This document shows, in pieces, positions 59,596 to 64,000 of a DNA stretch of 64,000 nucleotides (position 1 is its first letter; every line of letters begins with the position of its first letter). Under the pieces are notes generated by a model. It searched no databases. It saw only the letters and a list, made by a program, of their open reading frames with translations, and was not told the origin of the DNA. Source of the stretch: an uncultured Desulfobacter sp. (GTDB lineage Bacteria > Desulfobacterota > Desulfobacteria > Desulfobacterales > Desulfobacteraceae); assembly GCA_963665095.1 (NCBI GenBank), contig OY762069.1:1536001-1600000 (forward strand), in the 5' to 3' direction. The translations under genes and the position numbers were made by a program.

Positions 59596-61287
59596 GTGAA
59601 AGCTCTGATACTTGCGGCCGGATACGGGACCAGGCTTGCGCCTTATACAGATCAGGTGCCCAAGCCTCTTTTCACCATCACCGGCCGCCCTGTAATGGAT
59701 TTTGCTATTCAGCAACTGCTGGATGCAGGGTGTACCAAAATTTTTATCAACACCCATCATCTGGCGTCACAGATTGAACAATTTGTTGATGCCCATCCGT
59801 CAAAAAAGTTTCTGGAAACAGTGTATGAGCCTGAAATTCTGGAAACCGGCGGTGCCATGGCCAATCTTGCCAAAAAGTTAAATCAGGATGACTTTCTTGT
59901 TATCAATGCAGACGTGCTTTGTGATTTTGACCTGTCCGGTCTCATGTCCTGCCACAAGGCATCCGGAGCCGTTGCCACCCTTCTGGTTCACGACTGCCCC
60001 CGGTTTAACAAACTTTGTGTGGAAAAAACCGGTACTGAAACCGCGTGGGTCAGACATTTTACCGAGCCCCCGGAAACCGGCCTGGCTTTCACAGGCATCC
60101 AGGCAGTTTCACCTGACATTTTTGGACATATGCCGTCAAAAAAAGTTTTTTCAAGCATTGATGTGTACCAAAAGCTGAGTAGTCAAAAAAAGGTCCTTGC
60201 CCTGATGGCAAACCAGCTCTACTGGCGGGATATGGGAACACCTGAAGATTATCAGGATACAGCCAGAGTATGGCTGGCAGCCGCCTTGTTTCATCTGCCG
60301 CCGTCCCGATTTCATGAAATTAAAATATCCCTCATTGCCGGAGACGGCTCCGACCGTAGCTGGTATCGTGCCTGCCACGGGAATGACAGCCTGATTCTGT
60401 CAGACCACGGTATCTGCATTGAACCCTGTGGAAACAATAACCCGCCGGCCCAACTCAATGCCTTTGTAAAAATCGGAGCCCATCTGGCACGGCAGGGCGT
60501 TGCCGTTCCTGAAATATACGGTCATGATACCATTTCAGGCCAGGTCGCCGTACAGGATCTTGGTCCCGTCCGCCTGGCAGAGCATATCAAGGATCTTGGA
60601 GAAAAAGATACAATCTATTGGTATGACAAAGTTATTGGTGGACTGATTGATTTTTCTTTTAACGGCATAATGGACTTCAATCCGGCATGGACCTGCCAGA
60701 CGCCCACCTACAGTGAACAGGTGATCATGGATCTGGAATGCCGGTATTTTATGGAGGCGTTTGTTAACACCTATCTGGGCTGTAAAGCACAATTTGAAAA
60801 TTTCAGACAGGCATTTTCCCATATTGCCGAAAACGCCCTGGCCCACGGAATAACCGGGCTGATGCACAGAGACTGCCAGTCAAAAAATATTATGATTCAT
60901 AATGACGCCATATGGTTTATTGATTTTCAGTCCGCACGTCTCGGCCCCATTCAGTATGACCTTGCTTCCCTTTTTATTGATCCCTATGTTACACTACCCC
61001 GAACTGTCCAGGACCGGCTGCTGGAAATGGCCATTGATAAAATTGGCGCGAAAACGTCCTTTGACAGATTAAATTTTACACGCACCTATCAATATTGCTG
61101 CCTGTCACGCAACCTGCAGATACTGGGTGCTTTTGGTTTTCTGACGCGTATAAAAAAGAAACCCGGCTTTCAGCAGTTTATACCGCCGGCCCTGACAGGG
61201 CTTGACATGCGGTTAACTGAAATTGGAGACCCTGAACTTTCGGACCTGACCCGGTTGGTCAGAGATCTGCTAGGAGAATTTTCATGA
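59596..61287 (+). CDS. Fused MurU-like nucleotidyltransferase / AmgK-like anomeric sugar kinase
   Basis: ILAAGYGTRL...PKPL, ETGG, WRDMGT; then GDGSDRSWYR, QDLG, HRDCQSKNIM, IDFQSARLGP. Confidence 0.88.
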   Translation: MKALILAAGYGTRLAPYTDQVPKPLFTITGRPVMDFAIQQLLDAGCTKIFINTHHLASQIEQFVDAHPSKKFLETVYEPEILETGGAMANLAKKLNQDDFLVINADVLCDFDLSGLMSCHKASGAVATLLVHDCPRFNKLCVEKTGTETAWVRHFTEPPETGLAFTGIQAVSPDIFGHMPSKKVFSSIDVYQKLSSQKKVLALMANQLYWRDMGTPEDYQDTARVWLAAALFHLPPSRFHEIKISLIAGDGSDRSWYRACHGNDSLILSDHGICIEPCGNNNPPAQLNAFVKIGAHLARQGVAVPEIYGHDTISGQVAVQDLGPVRLAEHIKDLGEKDTIYWYDKVIGGLIDFSFNGIMDFNPAWTCQTPTYSEQVIMDLECRYFMEAFVNTYLGCKAQFENFRQAFSHIAENALAHGITGLMHRDCQSKNIMIHNDAIWFIDFQSARLGPIQYDLASLFIDPYVTLPRTVQDRLLEMAIDKIGAKTSFDRLNFTRTYQYCCLSRNLQILGAFGFLTRIKKKPGFQQFIPPALTGLDMRLTEIGDPELSDLTRLVRDLLGEFS

Positions 61288-62120
61288 GTTCCGTCCCTGT
61301 TATGATTAACGGTTTACCCGGAAAAGTGGCCGACGTTATTGCCACGGCCGTGCTTGCAGATGCGCGTTTTTCCATAGTGCCCTACTCTCTGACCGGAGAA
61401 GATATTCCTGATACAAAAACCAGTATCGGGACAACTGAAATTATCCTTTTAAAACCCAGTGCCCGGGAAACCGCGATTACTGGAATCATAGATGCCTATC
61501 CCGGCCTCATCAGCGTGGACTATACCCACCCAAGTGCCGTAAATGGCAACGCTGTGTTTTATACCAAGCACCACATACCCTTTGTCATGGGCACCACCGG
61601 GGGAGACAGAGATGCCCTTGAAAGAACGGTTAACGCAGGAAAAACACCGGCGGTCATTGCCCCGAACATGGCCAAACAGATCGTGGGACTTCAGGCCATG
61701 ATGGAATACGGGGCAAAAACTTTTCCAGGGTTGTTTGCAGGGTATTCACTGGAAGTTACAGAAAGCCATCAGCAATCAAAAGCTGACACATCCGGTACGG
61801 CCAAAGCCCTGGTGGCCTGTTTTAAAGAGCTTGGAAGTGATTTTGATGTCTCCCGGATTCAAAAAATAAGGGATCCTGAGATACAAAAAGAAAAATTGGG
61901 CATTCCGGAGCAATACCTGGGAGGTCATGGCTGGCATACATATACGCTGAAAGCACAGGACGGCTCGGCGTTGTTTGAAATTACCCACAATATTAACGGC
62001 AGGCAGATTTATGTATCCGGAACCCTTGATGCTGTAGTGTTTTTGCATGGGATAGCAGCCACCCACGTCTCGGATAAAAAAATTTTTACCATGATTGATG
62101 TACTATCCAACCCCAGGTAA
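61284..62120 (+). CDS. dapB: Dihydrodipicolinate (4-hydroxy-tetrahydrodipicolinate) reductase
   Basis: INGLPGK, VMGTTGG, ESHQQSKADTSGTAK. Confidence 0.9.
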   Translation: MSSVPVMINGLPGKVADVIATAVLADARFSIVPYSLTGEDIPDTKTSIGTTEIILLKPSARETAITGIIDAYPGLISVDYTHPSAVNGNAVFYTKHHIPFVMGTTGGDRDALERTVNAGKTPAVIAPNMAKQIVGLQAMMEYGAKTFPGLFAGYSLEVTESHQQSKADTSGTAKALVACFKELGSDFDVSRIQKIRDPEIQKEKLGIPEQYLGGHGWHTYTLKAQDGSALFEITHNINGRQIYVSGTLDAVVFLHGIAATHVSDKKIFTMIDVLSNPR

Positions 62121-62131
62121 TTGAGGTTATT

Positions 62132-62686
62132 GTGACACCCCTGGTTAAAATCATTTTAGTCATCATAGGTCTTGCCTATCTAATATCACCGCTGGATCTA
62201 ATTCCCGATCTCTACCTGCCATGGGTGGGATGGATAGATGACAGCCTGGTTATCATTTGCCTGTATCACCTTATCCGTTACGGCAAACTGCCCGATTTCT
62301 TATTTAAAAAAAACGGCCGGAGTCAATCTGGAAATAAAAAAGCGGGTTCTTCAAAAACGTTCACCAGGCCATCACCGGGCAGAGCATCCGGCCGGTCAAA
62401 GATGTCACAGCAGTCAGACACCTCACAGGAGTCCCAGACATCACAACAGTCTAAGTCCAACAATTCATTCGGACAAACCAGCACCACCAGATCCCCTTAT
62501 GATATTCTTGGCGTTGAAGAGAATGCCTCCTGGTCTCAGATCCAGACAGCCTATAAAAATAAGGCCAAACAATACCATCCAGATAAGCTGTCCCATCTTG
62601 GTGAGGAATTTTCAACCCTGGCCAATGAAAAATTTTTAGAAATTCAGGAAGCGTTTATCACGCTTAAAAAAATCTATGACAGGTAA
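62132..62686 (+). CDS. DUF1232 + J-domain protein
   Basis: YLISPLDLIPD...GWIDD; C-terminal YHPDK J domain. Confidence 0.85.
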   Translation: MTPLVKIILVIIGLAYLISPLDLIPDLYLPWVGWIDDSLVIICLYHLIRYGKLPDFLFKKNGRSQSGNKKAGSSKTFTRPSPGRASGRSKMSQQSDTSQESQTSQQSKSNNSFGQTSTTRSPYDILGVEENASWSQIQTAYKNKAKQYHPDKLSHLGEEFSTLANEKFLEIQEAFITLKKIYDR

Positions 62687-62691
62687 ATAAA

Positions 62692-62985
62692 TTGACCGGT
62701 ATCAGTGAAATTCTTGTACTAATTCTTTTGATTCTGTGCATTCTTATTGTACCCCGGATGCTCAATCCAGCACCCGCGCCAGGTAATAAAAAGTCACGTC
62801 AGTCCAGCCGCCGGCTCAACATGAAACTGCGGGCCGCTATTGTCCTGTCCCTAACTGTGATTGTTGTTTCAGGGCTGTGGATAAAACCCTGGCAGGGAGA
62901 GGTTGTACTGTTTATTGCACTGGGAATTCTTCCGGTAGCCCTTTGCTGGGCCCTTGTCTGGATATTTTCTGCAAGAAAAAAATAG
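62692..62985 (+). CDS. Small membrane protein
   Basis: Three hydrophobic segments; TTG start. Confidence 0.65.
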   Translation: MTGISEILVLILLILCILIVPRMLNPAPAPGNKKSRQSSRRLNMKLRAAIVLSLTVIVVSGLWIKPWQGEVVLFIALGILPVALCWALVWIFSARKK

Positions 62986-63011
62986 CCCGGAACCCGCCTG
63001 TCATTAAATTA

Positions 63012-64000
63012 TCATGAAAAAACAGCCGAACGGCTTCTGCCATACTGAATACCTAAACGGTCCATACGTTTTCTAAGGGTATTGGGATGGACACAAAGAA
63101 GCTCGGCAGCCCCACCAGGCCCGTTAATTTTTCCTTTAGCTGAATTCAGGGCACGGGAAATATGGATACGGTTGATCTGTTCAAGACTTAAAAACTGAAC
63201 CCTCCCCTGAGGCGTTTTAAAGTCTTGCTGGGGTTCAGACAGAATAAATTCATGGTTCTGCACCATAATATCAGAAAAATCAAGAAACCTGCCTTTGCAG
63301 CTGATCATGGCCCGCTCAATGACATTTTCAAGCTCTCTGACATTTCCCGGCCAGTTGTGGTCAGTCAGAAGACGCATACCACTGTCCGAAATGTCAGGTT
63401 CAAACTCTGGATTCAGTACAGCCATCTTTTTACGGATAAAATACCTGGCCAGATCCGGAATATCGGCTTTCCGACGCCGTAACGGGGGAATATGGATGGG
63501 AAAGACATTGAGCCGGAACCAGAGATCTTTTCTGAAACTACCGTTAACCACCATGGACTGAAGGTTTCTGTGGGTGGCAGAAATGATGCGAATATCCACC
63601 GACAGAGGCTGGTTGCCGCCAACGCGCTCAATTTCACGGTTCTGAATAACATTGAGCAGTCGCACCTGTGCTGACAGGGGCAGCTCTCCTATTTCATCAA
63701 GGAAAATAGTACCCTGATGGGCCCGTTCAAAGCGGCCCTGCTTTCTGAGAACAGCGCCTGTAAACGCCCCTTTTTCATGGCCGAACAATTCACTGTCAAT
63801 AAGGGTTTCAGGAATGGCGCCGCAGTTGACACTTACAAAGGAATGATGACTTCTGTTGGATTTTTGGTGAATCAGGGAAGCAATAATTCCTTTCCCCACT
63901 CCGGTCTCTCCAATTAAAAGTACTGAGGTGCCTGTTTCTGCAACCTGCTCAACCTGCTCCATAACACCGGCAAGGCCTTTATCTGTACCAATCAGAAAAT
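63012..64000 (-). CDS. Sigma54-dependent Fis-family transcriptional activator (5' end outside window)
   Basis: [32 protein letters not shown]-terminal HTH. Confidence 0.95.
   Translation of the reverse strand, partial: FLIGTDKGLAGVMEQVEQVAETGTSVLLIGETGVGKGIIASLIHQKSNRSHHSFVSVNCGAIPETLIDSELFGHEKGAFTGAVLRKQGRFERAHQGTIFLDEIGELPLSAQVRLLNVIQNREIERVGGNQPLSVDIRIISATHRNLQSMVVNGSFRKDLWFRLNVFPIHIPPLRRRKADIPDLARYFIRKKMAVLNPEFEPDISDSGMRLLTDHNWPGNVRELENVIERAMISCKGRFLDFSDIMVQNHEFILSEPQQDFKTPQGRVQFLSLEQINRIHISRALNSAKGKINGPGGAAELLCVHPNTLRKRMDRLGIQYGRSRSAVFS

Noticed and set aside
1..64000. CRISPR array, cas genes, rRNA, prophage structural genes
   Set aside because: No regularly spaced repeats or recognisable genes of these types were seen

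Overview
The window looks like chromosome from a sulfate-reducing deltaproteobacterium (Desulfobacteraceae-like, inferred from gene content). It has two parts. From 1 to ~19.4 kb is an accessory, IS-rich region ending at the 3' end of a tRNA-Phe(GAA) gene. It contains: a complete 3352-bp IS21-family element with two extra genes inside its inverted repeats; a ParDE toxin-antitoxin pair; an SDR gene with integron-cassette-like borders; a 7783-bp composite transposon made of two IS66 isoforms that splits a dihydrolipoamide-dehydrogenase-family gene (8-bp target duplication GGTCATCT); desulfoferrodoxin; and a decayed aconitase. The composite carries nested ISAs1/IS200/IS6 remnants, a 120-bp MITE, a NifX-family gene and a secreted-protein gene. 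From ~19.4 to 64 kb are mostly housekeeping genes (rsmE, maf, yggS, queH, pilB, ABC-F, ppdK and its regulator, a hybrid kinase, mnmA, mtaB, djlA, dnaE, guaB, pfk, sppA, rpsA, cmk, hisC, namZ, plsB, a MurU-AmgK fusion, dapB, a sigma54 activator). The best candidates for something undescribed are the four-gene IS21 variant, a PilB ATPase fused to a C-terminal cNMP-binding domain, and an apparently exported pseudo-receiver protein. All calls come from manual reading and motif recognition; no searches were run.
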